From positions 1,344,001 through 1,408,000 of the forward strand of contig CBDHDG010000006.1 in the NCBI GenBank assembly GCA_965261595.1: 64,000 nt of DNA, read 5' to 3'. The notes under the pieces are model-generated. The model saw only the letters and a list, made by a program, of their open reading frames with translations. It ran no database searches and had not been told where the DNA came from. The stretch's first letter is position 1. The number at the start of each line of letters is the position of its first letter. Positions 41,899-51,021 of the stretch are shown one piece after another. This stretch comes from a bacterium (GTDB lineage: Bacteria > UBA8248 > JACPRG01 > G963555815). The translations under genes and the position numbers were made by a program.

Positions 41899-43140
41899 AT
41901 GAAGAAAATCGACCACTTGGCCTGCGTGTCATGCGGCAGGAAATACGACGTTGAAGAAATCCTGTACGTCTGTCCGGACTGCGGTCTGGATAAGGGAACG
42001 CTGGACGTCGTTTACGACTATGATGGAATCCGCTCCCGGTTCAGCCGCGACGACCTGAAGGCCTCCGGCGAGTTCTCTCAATGGCGATATTGGGAAATCC
42101 TCCCGGTGACGCGGCGGGAGTTCGTCCCGCCCCTGCGGATCGGCTGGACGCCGCTCTACCGGGCGGATCGCTTGGAGCGGCAGCTTGGATTGAACCATCT
42201 TTGGCTCAAAGACGACACGTGCAACCCCTCGGCCTCGCTCAAGGATCGGGCGAGCGTCATGGCGGCCGTCCGGGCGCGGGAGCTCGGCCGGGACATCGTG
42301 ACCGGGGCCTCAACGGGAAACGCGGCGACGTCCATGTCGTGCGTTTCAGCCTATATGGGGATCAAACCCTACATCTTCGTCCCCGAAAGGGCCCCCAAGG
42401 CCAAGGTCGCCCAGTTGCTCGTGTACGGCGCCACGGTCATCATGGTCCGGGGGAGCTACGACCAGTGCTTCGGGCTCTGCTGGGAGGCCGGCGAGCGCTG
42501 GGGCTGGTACAGCCGGAACACGGCGATTAACCCCTTCCTGAGCGAAGGGAAGAAGACGGCGGCGCTGGAGATCTGCGAGCAGCTCGACTGGCAGGCGCCG
42601 GACAAGGTGTTCTGCGCGGTGGGCGACGGCTGCATCTTCGGGGGTCTGCACAAAGGGTTCCTGGACTTCCACCGCCTGGGGTTCATCGACAAGGTCCCCC
42701 AGCTCATCGGCGTCCAGGCGGAAGGATCGGGCGTCCTCCTCGAGGCCTTCGAGAAGGGGTGGGAGGAGATTCGGCCGAAGGAGGCCGATACGATCGCCGA
42801 CAGCATCTGCGTCGGCCACCCCCGGGACTGGGTCAAGGGCCTTCGGGCCGCGCGCACGACCGGCGGACGCTACGTCGGCGTCTCGGACGAGGAGATCCTC
42901 GCGGCCCAGCGGCGGATGGCCCGGGCGACGGGGGTCTTCGGCGAGCCGGCCGGCGTGACCGCTTTGGCGGGGGTGATCAAGATGAAGGAAGCGGGCGCGC
43001 TCGACCCGGACGAGCGGATCGTGGCCCTGGTGACCGGACACGGCCTGAAGGACGTCGATTCGGCCATGAAGGCGGTCGAGACCTCCCCCATCATGGTCGA
43101 GCCCGACATCGAGGACATCGCCGCGAAGCTGGAGATGTGA
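41899..43140 (+). CDS. Threonine synthase-like PLP fold-II enzyme
   Basis: N-terminal CxxC...CxxC, NPSASLKDR, ASTGNA, EGKKT, VTGHGLKD. Confidence 0.85.
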   Translation: MKKIDHLACVSCGRKYDVEEILYVCPDCGLDKGTLDVVYDYDGIRSRFSRDDLKASGEFSQWRYWEILPVTRREFVPPLRIGWTPLYRADRLERQLGLNHLWLKDDTCNPSASLKDRASVMAAVRARELGRDIVTGASTGNAATSMSCVSAYMGIKPYIFVPERAPKAKVAQLLVYGATVIMVRGSYDQCFGLCWEAGERWGWYSRNTAINPFLSEGKKTAALEICEQLDWQAPDKVFCAVGDGCIFGGLHKGFLDFHRLGFIDKVPQLIGVQAEGSGVLLEAFEKGWEEIRPKEADTIADSICVGHPRDWVKGLRAARTTGGRYVGVSDEEILAAQRRMARATGVFGEPAGVTALAGVIKMKEAGALDPDERIVALVTGHGLKDVDSAMKAVETSPIMVEPDIEDIAAKLEM

Positions 43141-43217
43141 GCGGAATCATTCAACCATCCATTGATCGAACGGTCCACCGACTGAACGGTCCATCGACTG
43201 TAAGGAGTGAGAAGAGG

Positions 43218-44270
43218 ATGATCGAGCGAAACCCTTGGGATTCCCGCAAGCGGGTGTGCGACTCCATGTTCGACGCCATCGGGAACACCCCCCTCGTCCG
43301 GCTGAACAAGATCCCCGCCGATGTGAACGCGGACATCTACTGCAAAATCGAGTGGTTCAGTCCGACCGGCAGCCTGAAGGACCGCATCTACTACAACATG
43401 ATCACCGAAGCCGTCTCGCGCGGCGACCTGAAGCCCGGGATGACCATCCTGGAGTGCTCGACGGGCAACGCCGGGACCGCCTGCGCCTGGGTGGCCACGC
43501 TCTTGGGCTACGATTGCATCATCACCATGCCCGTCGGTATGAGCGACGAGCGCAAAAAGCTGATGCGGGCCTACGGGGCCGAGCTCGTCTTCACGCCGGG
43601 CGGCGAGAGCGACGTGGACCTGGCCCTGGAGAAGGCCTTCGAGATCAAGGCGGAGGAACCCGAGAAGTACTGGATCCCCAACCAGTTCGACAACAACGAC
43701 AACGTCATGGCGCACTACATCACGACCGGGCCGGAGATCTGGGAGCAGACCGAAGGGAAACTCGAAGCCCTGGTCGGAACGCAGGGCAGCGGAGGCGGCA
43801 TCACGGGCATCGCCAAATACCTCCGGGAACAGAATTCAAGCGTTCAGCTCTGGGCCGTCGAGCCCGAAGAATGCCCGATGCTCTCCGAGAGAAAATGGGG
43901 CTCCCACGGCATCGAGGGCATCGGCGACGGCCTCGTCCCCCGGAACCTGCACCTCGAGCACGTGACGGGGATCATCACGACCCACACCGACGAGGCGGTC
44001 GAAATGGCCAGGCGGCTGGCCCGCGAGGAGGGGATCTTCTGCGGCATCTCCTCCGGAAGCAATGTGGCGGCGGCCCTGAAACTCGCACGCAAGCACCCCG
44101 AGCTCGGCTACATCGTCTGCATGACGAACGACACCGGCCAGCGGTATTTCTCAACAGCCTTGTGCGGCGAGGAGAAGGAGGTCGAGATCCCGGACAGAGA
44201 CCACCCCCTGGACGATTACACGGTCGAACAACTGGACAAGTTCCAGGCCGGCTGGGAGATCATCACGTAA
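43218..44270 (+). CDS. Cysteine synthase/CBS-family PLP enzyme
   Basis: IGNTPLV, PTGSLKDR, STGNAG, HYITTGPEIW, HGIEGIG, DTGQRYFST. Confidence 0.9.
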   Translation: MIERNPWDSRKRVCDSMFDAIGNTPLVRLNKIPADVNADIYCKIEWFSPTGSLKDRIYYNMITEAVSRGDLKPGMTILECSTGNAGTACAWVATLLGYDCIITMPVGMSDERKKLMRAYGAELVFTPGGESDVDLALEKAFEIKAEEPEKYWIPNQFDNNDNVMAHYITTGPEIWEQTEGKLEALVGTQGSGGGITGIAKYLREQNSSVQLWAVEPEECPMLSERKWGSHGIEGIGDGLVPRNLHLEHVTGIITTHTDEAVEMARRLAREEGIFCGISSGSNVAAALKLARKHPELGYIVCMTNDTGQRYFSTALCGEEKEVEIPDRDHPLDDYTVEQLDKFQAGWEIIT

Positions 44271-44393
44271 CCCGCCTCCGGCTCTCCCGCCGCGAAGCGG
44301 ACGCGGACATCCCGAGGCTTTGAACCGCGCCCCTCATCCGTCCTCTTCGCGGGAACCGGGGCCTAACCTTTCCGAAGTCGAGCGAGCGCAAGC

Positions 44394-45287
44394 ATGAAAA
44401 CGATGCAGCCCGATGTCATTGACCTGGAAGACGCGATCGACATCCACTTCCATCCTCACCCGGACCTGATCCCCCGGGCCACGGACGACCGCGGCGTCGT
44501 CCAGCGGGCCGAAGAATGCCGGATACGGGCCGTCGTCCTGAAGTGCCACTTCGAGTCCACTGTCGGCCGCGCCTACAACGTGGGCCAGAACTTCGAATCC
44601 ATCGACGTGTACGGCGGGCTGGTCCTCAACCGGCACACCGGCGGCATGAACCCCGCCGCGGCGGAGGTCTCCGTCCGCCTGGGCGCCAAGATCATCTGGA
44701 TGCCCACCGTGGACGCCGACTTTCACGCGCAAACCTACGGTTTCACGGGCGGTTACAACACCCAGAAGAGCGATTCCCGCCCCGTCGAGCCCATCTCGAT
44801 CGTCCGGGAGGACGGCAAGCTGACACAGGAGTGTCAGGACGTCCTGGACGTTCTCGCCCAGGACAACAGCGCCGCCCTGGCGACGGGGCACTTCAGCGCG
44901 GAGCACGTGGACATCCTCGTCCGGGCGGCCGTGGAGCGCGGGGTCAAGCGGATCATCCTCCAGCACGTTTATTTCAAGATTCCGGCGATGACGCACGACC
45001 GCGTGAAATCCCTGACGGCCCTGGACGGCGTGATCGCCGAGCTCGAGTACTGCGGGATCTCGCCCTTCTGGGCGCAGCCGGGCCAGACGCTGGAATTGAT
45101 GCGCGAAGGGATCGCGGAAATCGGCGCGGACCACTTCATCCTGATCTCCGACGGCGGCCAGCGCCACAACCCCCTGCCCGCCGACGGCTTGCGCATCCTC
45201 GCCCAGTCGTTCTATGAAAAAGGGGTCACCCGGGAAGAGCTGCGCACGATGATGTGCGTCAATCCCGCGAAGACCCTGGATCTCTGA
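44394..45287 (+). CDS. Metal-dependent amidohydrolase-fold protein (DUF6282-like)
   Basis: IDIHFH, LKCH, WMPT, LATGH, QH, SDGGQ, NPAKTL. Confidence 0.75.
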   Translation: MKTMQPDVIDLEDAIDIHFHPHPDLIPRATDDRGVVQRAEECRIRAVVLKCHFESTVGRAYNVGQNFESIDVYGGLVLNRHTGGMNPAAAEVSVRLGAKIIWMPTVDADFHAQTYGFTGGYNTQKSDSRPVEPISIVREDGKLTQECQDVLDVLAQDNSAALATGHFSAEHVDILVRAAVERGVKRIILQHVYFKIPAMTHDRVKSLTALDGVIAELEYCGISPFWAQPGQTLELMREGIAEIGADHFILISDGGQRHNPLPADGLRILAQSFYEKGVTREELRTMMCVNPAKTLDL

Positions 45288-45305
45288 CCCGAGGAGGGAA
45301 GTCTC

Positions 45306-46121
45306 ATGACCACCGCGGCCGTTTCCAAGGAAGACCTGCTCGACCTGAGCCCCGGCGAGATCCGCGCCCTCACCCGCGAGCGAAGATGGACGGGCGGCAC
45401 GGAGGGCCTGGCGCGGGGGTATGCCCAGGCGAACCTGGTCATCGTCCCGCGGGAGGCGGCGTTCGACTTTTTACTCTTCTGCCAGCGGAACCCCAAGCCC
45501 TGCCCCATCGTCGAAGTCACCGATCCGGGATCTCCCCTCGTCTGCCAAGTGGCCCGGGACGCCGACCTGAGGACGGACCTCGCCCGGTACTGTGTCTACG
45601 AGGGCGGCGTGTGCGTGGACGAGCCGGAGGACATCACGGACTACTGGCGGGACGACCTGGTGGGCTTCCTCATCGGTTGCAGTTACTCTTTCGAGACCGC
45701 CCTGCTCAACGCCAACATCCCCCTCCGCCACCTGGAGGAGGACAAGATCGTCTCCGTCTACACGACAAACGTGCCGTGCGAGCCGGGGGGCCGCTTCGAG
45801 GGGCCGATGGTCGTCAGCATGCGGCCGATCCGCCGCGAACAGGTTGTCCGAGCCATCCAGGTGACCTCCCGGTTTCCGGCCACGCACGGCGCTCCGGTGC
45901 ACATCGGCGACCCCTCGGTCATCGGAATCGACAGCCTGGACGACGTCGACTTCGAAACAGGCCGCGTGGAAATCGGACCCGACGAGGTTCCCCTCTTCTG
46001 GGGCTGCGGCTGCACGCCCCAGGCGGCGGCGATGAAGGCCGGACTCGACTTCATGATTACGCACAAAGCAGGCCACCTGTTCATTACGGATACGCTGTCC
46101 GAGGAGATCGCCGCGCTCTGA
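45306..46121 (+). CDS. DUF1445 putative hydro-lyase / D-glutamate cyclase-like protein (copy 1)
   Basis: QANL, RNPKPCP, GCSYSFE, HGAPVHIGDP, FWGCGCTPQ. Confidence 0.9.
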   Translation: MTTAAVSKEDLLDLSPGEIRALTRERRWTGGTEGLARGYAQANLVIVPREAAFDFLLFCQRNPKPCPIVEVTDPGSPLVCQVARDADLRTDLARYCVYEGGVCVDEPEDITDYWRDDLVGFLIGCSYSFETALLNANIPLRHLEEDKIVSVYTTNVPCEPGGRFEGPMVVSMRPIRREQVVRAIQVTSRFPATHGAPVHIGDPSVIGIDSLDDVDFETGRVEIGPDEVPLFWGCGCTPQAAAMKAGLDFMITHKAGHLFITDTLSEEIAAL

Positions 46122-46170
46122 TCGCCGCCGATGGAGACGCGCCGGCCGCACCTGGATCCCGAGAACGCCC

Positions 46171-46986
46171 GTGACGACCGGAACCCTTTCGAAGGAAGCC
46201 CTCTCGGGCCTGAGCCCGCGGGAAATTCGAGCCCGAATCCGGGATGGCCGTTGGACGGAAAGGGCGGAGGGCGTGGCCCCGGGCTACGCCATGGCCAACC
46301 TGACCGTCATCCCGAAGGACGCGGCGTTCGACTTCCTGACGTTCTGCCTGCGGAACCCGGTTCCCTGCCCCATCATCGAGGTGACCGACCCGGGCTCTCC
46401 ATGGGTCAAGCGGGCCGCCCGGGACGCGGACCTGAGAACGGATCTCGGAAGGTACCGCGTTTACCGACATGGCGAGCCGGTCGATGAGACGGATGACATC
46501 AGCGAGCACTGGCGCGACGATTTGGTGGGGTTCCTCCTGGGTTGCAGCTATTCCTTCGAGACCGCCCTGCTCAACGCGAACGTTTCGCTTCGCCATATCG
46601 AGGAAAAGAAAATCGCCCCCGTTTACGCAACGCGCGTTCCCTGTACGCCGGCCGGCCGGTTCTCCGGTCCCATGATGGTCAGCATGCGGCCGATCCGCCG
46701 CGACCAGGTGGTCCGCGCCGTTCAGGTCACATCGCGCTTCCCGGCGACGCACGGAGCGCCGGTCCACATCGGCGATCCGTCGGCGATCGGGATCGACGAC
46801 CTGAATGACGTGTGCTGCGACACCGACCGGATCGAAGTCCGGCCGGATGAAGTCCCCGTCTTCTGGGGTTGCGCCTTCACGGCCCACGCGGCCGCCGTGA
46901 AATCCAAGCTCGACCTTTTGATCACCCATCAGTCGGGCCACCTGCTCATTACGGATATGCTGTCGGAGGAGATTGCCGCCTTGTAG
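46171..46986 (+). CDS. DUF1445 protein (copy 2, divergent motifs)
   Basis: Same length and colinear with its neighbours; MANL, RNPVPCP, FWGCAFTAH. Confidence 0.9.
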   Translation: MTTGTLSKEALSGLSPREIRARIRDGRWTERAEGVAPGYAMANLTVIPKDAAFDFLTFCLRNPVPCPIIEVTDPGSPWVKRAARDADLRTDLGRYRVYRHGEPVDETDDISEHWRDDLVGFLLGCSYSFETALLNANVSLRHIEEKKIAPVYATRVPCTPAGRFSGPMMVSMRPIRRDQVVRAVQVTSRFPATHGAPVHIGDPSAIGIDDLNDVCCDTDRIEVRPDEVPVFWGCAFTAHAAAVKSKLDLLITHQSGHLLITDMLSEEIAAL

Positions 46987-47039
46987 GCGGACCCAAGAGG
47001 CGATCCCGGCCCCTCGGACCTGATTCCGGAGAGAGACGA

Positions 47040-47855
47040 ATGACCACCGCAACGCTGTCCAAAGAAGACCTCTCGGGGCTGCACCCGCGTGAAATCCGGG
47101 CGCTTGTCCGGGAGCGCAAATGGACCCGGACAACGCAGGACCTGGCGGGAGGGTACGCCCAGGCCAACCTGGCCATCCTGCCGCGTGAGGCGGCGTTCGA
47201 CTTCCTGACGTTCTGCGTGCGGAACCCGAAGCCCTGCCCCATCATCGAGGTGACCGACCCGGGATCACCCATCGTGAAGCGAGTGGCCAAGGACGCCGAT
47301 TTGCGGACGGATCTCCCCGGCTACCGCATATACGAGCGGGGCAAGCTGACGGCCGAGGTGGAGGACATCACGGATTACTGGCGGGACGATCTGGTCGGAT
47401 TTCTCATCGGGTGCAGCTTCACTTTCGAGGCGGCGCTCCTGAACGCCAACGTCAACTTCAAGCACCACGAGGGAGACAAACCCTCCTGCGTCTACGTAAC
47501 GAACGTCCCGTGCGTCCCGGCGGGCCGGTTCTTCGGACCGTTGGCGGTGAGCATGCGGTCGATCCGCCAGGACCAGGTCGTCCGGGCCGTCCAGGTGACA
47601 TCGCGCTTTCCGGCGACCCACGGTGCCCCTGTCCACATCGGCGATCCGTCGGCCATCGGCATCGACGACCTGGACGACGTCAGCTTCGGGACCGGCCGGG
47701 TGGAGGTGAAACCCGGTGAGGTCCCGGTCTTCTGGGCGTGCGGGGTCACGCCCCAGGCCGTCGCCCTGGAGTCCAAGGTCGATTTCATGATCACCCACAA
47801 GTCCGGACACCTGTTCATCACAGACACGTTGTCGGAGGAAATCGCGGCGTTCTGA
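47040..47855 (+). CDS. DUF1445 protein (copy 3)
   Basis: QANL, RNPKPCP, GCSFTFE, FWACGVTPQ. Confidence 0.9.
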   Translation: MTTATLSKEDLSGLHPREIRALVRERKWTRTTQDLAGGYAQANLAILPREAAFDFLTFCVRNPKPCPIIEVTDPGSPIVKRVAKDADLRTDLPGYRIYERGKLTAEVEDITDYWRDDLVGFLIGCSFTFEAALLNANVNFKHHEGDKPSCVYVTNVPCVPAGRFFGPLAVSMRSIRQDQVVRAVQVTSRFPATHGAPVHIGDPSAIGIDDLDDVSFGTGRVEVKPGEVPVFWACGVTPQAVALESKVDFMITHKSGHLFITDTLSEEIAAF

Positions 47856-47895
47856 CGGACGGCCGGCGGGGAATTCAACAACCGAAAGGATATCC

Positions 47896-48927
47896 ATGAA
47901 GGCAGCCCTCTATCACGAATACGGACCGCCCGAGGTCCTGAAGTACGAGGACATCGACCCCTTGCCGGTCGGTCCGCGCGACGCCATGCTCAAGGTCCGG
48001 GCCACGTCCCTCAACTGGTTCGACGTCATCGGCCGCAACGGCGAGTACCGCCCCAACAAGACCCTGCCCCACATCCTGGGCGGCGACATCACGGGCGAGG
48101 TCGTCGAGGTCGGCGCGGAGGTGACCCACGTCAAGCCGGGGGACCCGGTCGTGGTCTACGCCACTGTCCATTGCGGGAACTGCGAAACCTGCTGGAAGGG
48201 CGAGCCGAACTGCTGCCGGAACTACAAGTATTACGGCTCCGCCCTGTGGGGGGGGTACGCCCAGTACTGGACCGGCCGGGCCGAAAACCTGGTGCCTTTG
48301 TACCAGGGGCTCGATTTCGCCGAGTGCGCCGCCATCAACATCACGTTCCTGACTTCCTGGCACATGCTGGCGCGCGCCGGAATCCGGGCGGGCGAGGAAA
48401 TCCTCATCCACGCGGCGGGGAGCGGCGTCGGCGTGGCCGCGGTGCAGATCGCCAAGCTGACGGGCCTGCGGGTCATCGGAACGGCCGGCAGCGACGAGAA
48501 ATGCCGGCGGGCGATCGATCTCGGCGCGGACCACATGATCAACTACAAAGAACAGGACTTCCGCGAAGAGGTGATGAAGCTCACCGGCAAGCGCGGCGTG
48601 GACGTGGTTTTCGAGCACGTCGGCAAGGACACGTGGGAGGGCAGCATCCGCAGTCTGACCCGAATGGGCCGGCTCGTGACATGCGGCGCCTCTTCCGGTT
48701 ACGACGTGACGACCAACGTGGCCCACATCTTCCATAAGCAACTGACCATCATCGGCTCGAACCACGGGACCATGCATGAGCTGGCCACGATCATCAAATT
48801 GCTCGAGGCCGGCAAGCTGAAACCGGTCATCGACCGGAAATTTCCGTTGCGGGAAGCCGCCGAGGCCCACCGGCTCCTGGAGTCGCGTCAGGTCTTCGGA
48901 AAAATCGTCCTGGAGCCCGAGCACTAG
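47896..48927 (+). CDS. Zn-binding MDR-family dehydrogenase/quinone reductase
   Basis: CGNCETC...C structural Zn site, HAAGSGVG. Confidence 0.9.
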   Translation: MKAALYHEYGPPEVLKYEDIDPLPVGPRDAMLKVRATSLNWFDVIGRNGEYRPNKTLPHILGGDITGEVVEVGAEVTHVKPGDPVVVYATVHCGNCETCWKGEPNCCRNYKYYGSALWGGYAQYWTGRAENLVPLYQGLDFAECAAINITFLTSWHMLARAGIRAGEEILIHAAGSGVGVAAVQIAKLTGLRVIGTAGSDEKCRRAIDLGADHMINYKEQDFREEVMKLTGKRGVDVVFEHVGKDTWEGSIRSLTRMGRLVTCGASSGYDVTTNVAHIFHKQLTIIGSNHGTMHELATIIKLLEAGKLKPVIDRKFPLREAAEAHRLLESRQVFGKIVLEPEH

Positions 48928-49064
48928 GAGGCGGGAGAGCGAGAGGCAACCGGCCCGCGACGCTCCCCCGCATCCATCGCAATCGCGCCGGATTCATACC
49001 CGAAGCGGGCCGACGGCCATGTGAAAATGGGCTTTCGGCGCCTTTCAGATTCAGCCATCAGTTA

Positions 49065-50579
49065 ATGGGAGAGCGTACCAAGATGACCACAGATCGCAAG
49101 CGGCCCTTCGAAATCAAGCCGGACACCCGTCCGAACTGGCCCTTTCAGTCCCTGCGGGATTACATGTCCTACCTGGACGAGCGCGGCCGCATGCTCCACG
49201 TGGACAAGCCCTCGGACGTCCGGTTCGAGATCGGCGCCGTCAGCAAAAAGCTGATGGAGGACGGCTCCGACAAGGCGTGCATGTTCTGGAACGCCCACTC
49301 CTCCCACCCGGATTGGCACGTGGAGCCGCCTTACGACGTCGTGGTGGACGGCACCCACCGCCACGTCCGGATGGTCGAGGACGCCTTCAACGTCTCCCGG
49401 GACGAGTTGTTCGAGACTTGGATCGACCGGCTTCAGCCCTCCAAGCTCCTGGACCCGGTGATCGTGGACCGCTCCGAGGCCCCGTGCAAAGAGGTGGTCA
49501 TCCCCGAGGAGGAGGTGGACCTCTACAAGCTCCCCATCGACATGTGCACCGCCAAAATGGGCGGCCCCTTCCTCTCGAAGGCGGTCTGCTTCACCCGCCA
49601 TCCGGACACGGGGACGAGCAACTTCGCCATCTACCGCCTCCACGCCAAGGGGCCCAAGCACACGGGCATCCTCATCGTCCCCAACCAGCACGTGGCGTCG
49701 GTCTACGCCAAGTACGGCTCGGAGGGGAAGGACATGCCCATGTGCGCCGCCCTCGGGGTGGACCCGATGATGAGCATCATCTCCGGCGCCCCGGTGCCCA
49801 CCGACTCGCCGGAGGAGCAGGTGTGGGGCGCCATGACGGGAAGGCCCCTGCCGATGGTGAAATCCGAGCTTTGCGACATGAACGTCCCGGCCTACGCCGA
49901 GTACATCCTCGAAGGGGAGGTGATCCACGACCTGCGCGATTCCGAAGGCCCCTACGGGGAGTACACAGGCTACTACTCGGGCATCCGCGACCTCCCGGTC
50001 TTCAAGGTCAAGTGCATCACGCACCGCAAGCAGCCCATCTACGAATCCGTCACGATCGGCAAACCGCCCAGTGAGGGGAACTTCCTCGTGGAGATGGGCT
50101 TCAACCTGGAAATGACGCGCGGCATCCGGGCCTACCTGCCCGAGGTGAAAGCCGTCCGCTCGCTCATGTGCCACGGTCTGGTCACGGTCGTGCAAATCGA
50201 CAAGAAGCGCCGGTACAAGGGCCTGGCCTTCCGGGCGGGACACATGGTCTGGAGCAAGAAGGCCCTGGTCAAAAACGTCCTGGTCATCGACGACGACATC
50301 GACATCTGGGACAACGACGACGTCTGGTGGGCCTTCGCGACGCACACCCAGGCCCACAAGTCGGTCCAGATCGTCCCGGACGTCTCCGGTTGCCGCCTGG
50401 ACCCGTCCGAGCCGTTCGGCGGGGAGGAGGGAGTGTCGTGCAAGATGGTCATCGACTGCACCGAGCCGTTTCCGCCCTACCACGCCCCCTACATGCGCGG
50501 CGTGGCCGGACCGGACGAGGAGACGTACAAACGGGTCCTGGAGAACTGGGACACGTACTGGGAAAACGGCGCGCCCTGA
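49065..50579 (+). CDS. UbiD-family prFMN-dependent (de)carboxylase
   Basis: NFAIYR, VPAYAEYILEG, EGPYGEYTGYY, VIDDDIDI, LDPS. Confidence 0.9.
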   Translation: MGERTKMTTDRKRPFEIKPDTRPNWPFQSLRDYMSYLDERGRMLHVDKPSDVRFEIGAVSKKLMEDGSDKACMFWNAHSSHPDWHVEPPYDVVVDGTHRHVRMVEDAFNVSRDELFETWIDRLQPSKLLDPVIVDRSEAPCKEVVIPEEEVDLYKLPIDMCTAKMGGPFLSKAVCFTRHPDTGTSNFAIYRLHAKGPKHTGILIVPNQHVASVYAKYGSEGKDMPMCAALGVDPMMSIISGAPVPTDSPEEQVWGAMTGRPLPMVKSELCDMNVPAYAEYILEGEVIHDLRDSEGPYGEYTGYYSGIRDLPVFKVKCITHRKQPIYESVTIGKPPSEGNFLVEMGFNLEMTRGIRAYLPEVKAVRSLMCHGLVTVVQIDKKRRYKGLAFRAGHMVWSKKALVKNVLVIDDDIDIWDNDDVWWAFATHTQAHKSVQIVPDVSGCRLDPSEPFGGEEGVSCKMVIDCTEPFPPYHAPYMRGVAGPDEETYKRVLENWDTYWENGAP

Positions 50580-50623
50580 CGCCGGTGGAGCCGGCCTGAC
50601 GCCCGGGGCGGAAAGGAGTCCCT

Positions 50624-50842
50624 TTGAGCGAGGAAAAACCGAAGTCCGATTTCAAGATATCCTACTCCGAGCGCCCCGTGGAGATCGTCCCGGAGGGGAT
50701 CAAGTGCGGGTGCGGGTCCCTCATGCAGCTCTTCACCGAGCACCGCAGCGAGCACGGCGGGGAGATCATCTCGAGGATCTTCGTCTGCGCCCGATGCAAC
50801 AACGAAGCGGGCCTGAAGCTGGGCGGGGGCGCGCTGATCTAG
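50624..50842 (+). CDS. Small Cys-rich Zn-ribbon protein
   Basis: RBS AAGGAG before the TTG start; CGCG...CARC. Confidence 0.6.
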   Translation: MSEEKPKSDFKISYSERPVEIVPEGIKCGCGSLMQLFTEHRSEHGGEIISRIFVCARCNNEAGLKLGGGALI

Positions 50843-50862
50843 CGTCTCGAAAGCAAAAGAGC

Positions 50863-50973
50863 TTTATCCACAGATTACACAGATTGCACAGATTATTAAG
50901 AAGAGAAAAACAGAAGATTCAGATCTTTTTTCGATTGAGCGAATTTAAAAAATCTGTGTAATCTGTGGATAAA
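50863..50973. repeat. Palindromic REP/MITE-like element
   Basis: TTTATCCACAGATTACACAGATT ... AATCTGTGTAATCTGTGGATAAA perfect inverted repeat around an AT-rich core. Confidence 0.75.
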
Positions 50974-51021
50974 AAAGGTTTTTCGCCCGTCGGAACCGCC
51001 GGGTCCCCGCGGAGAAAGCCG

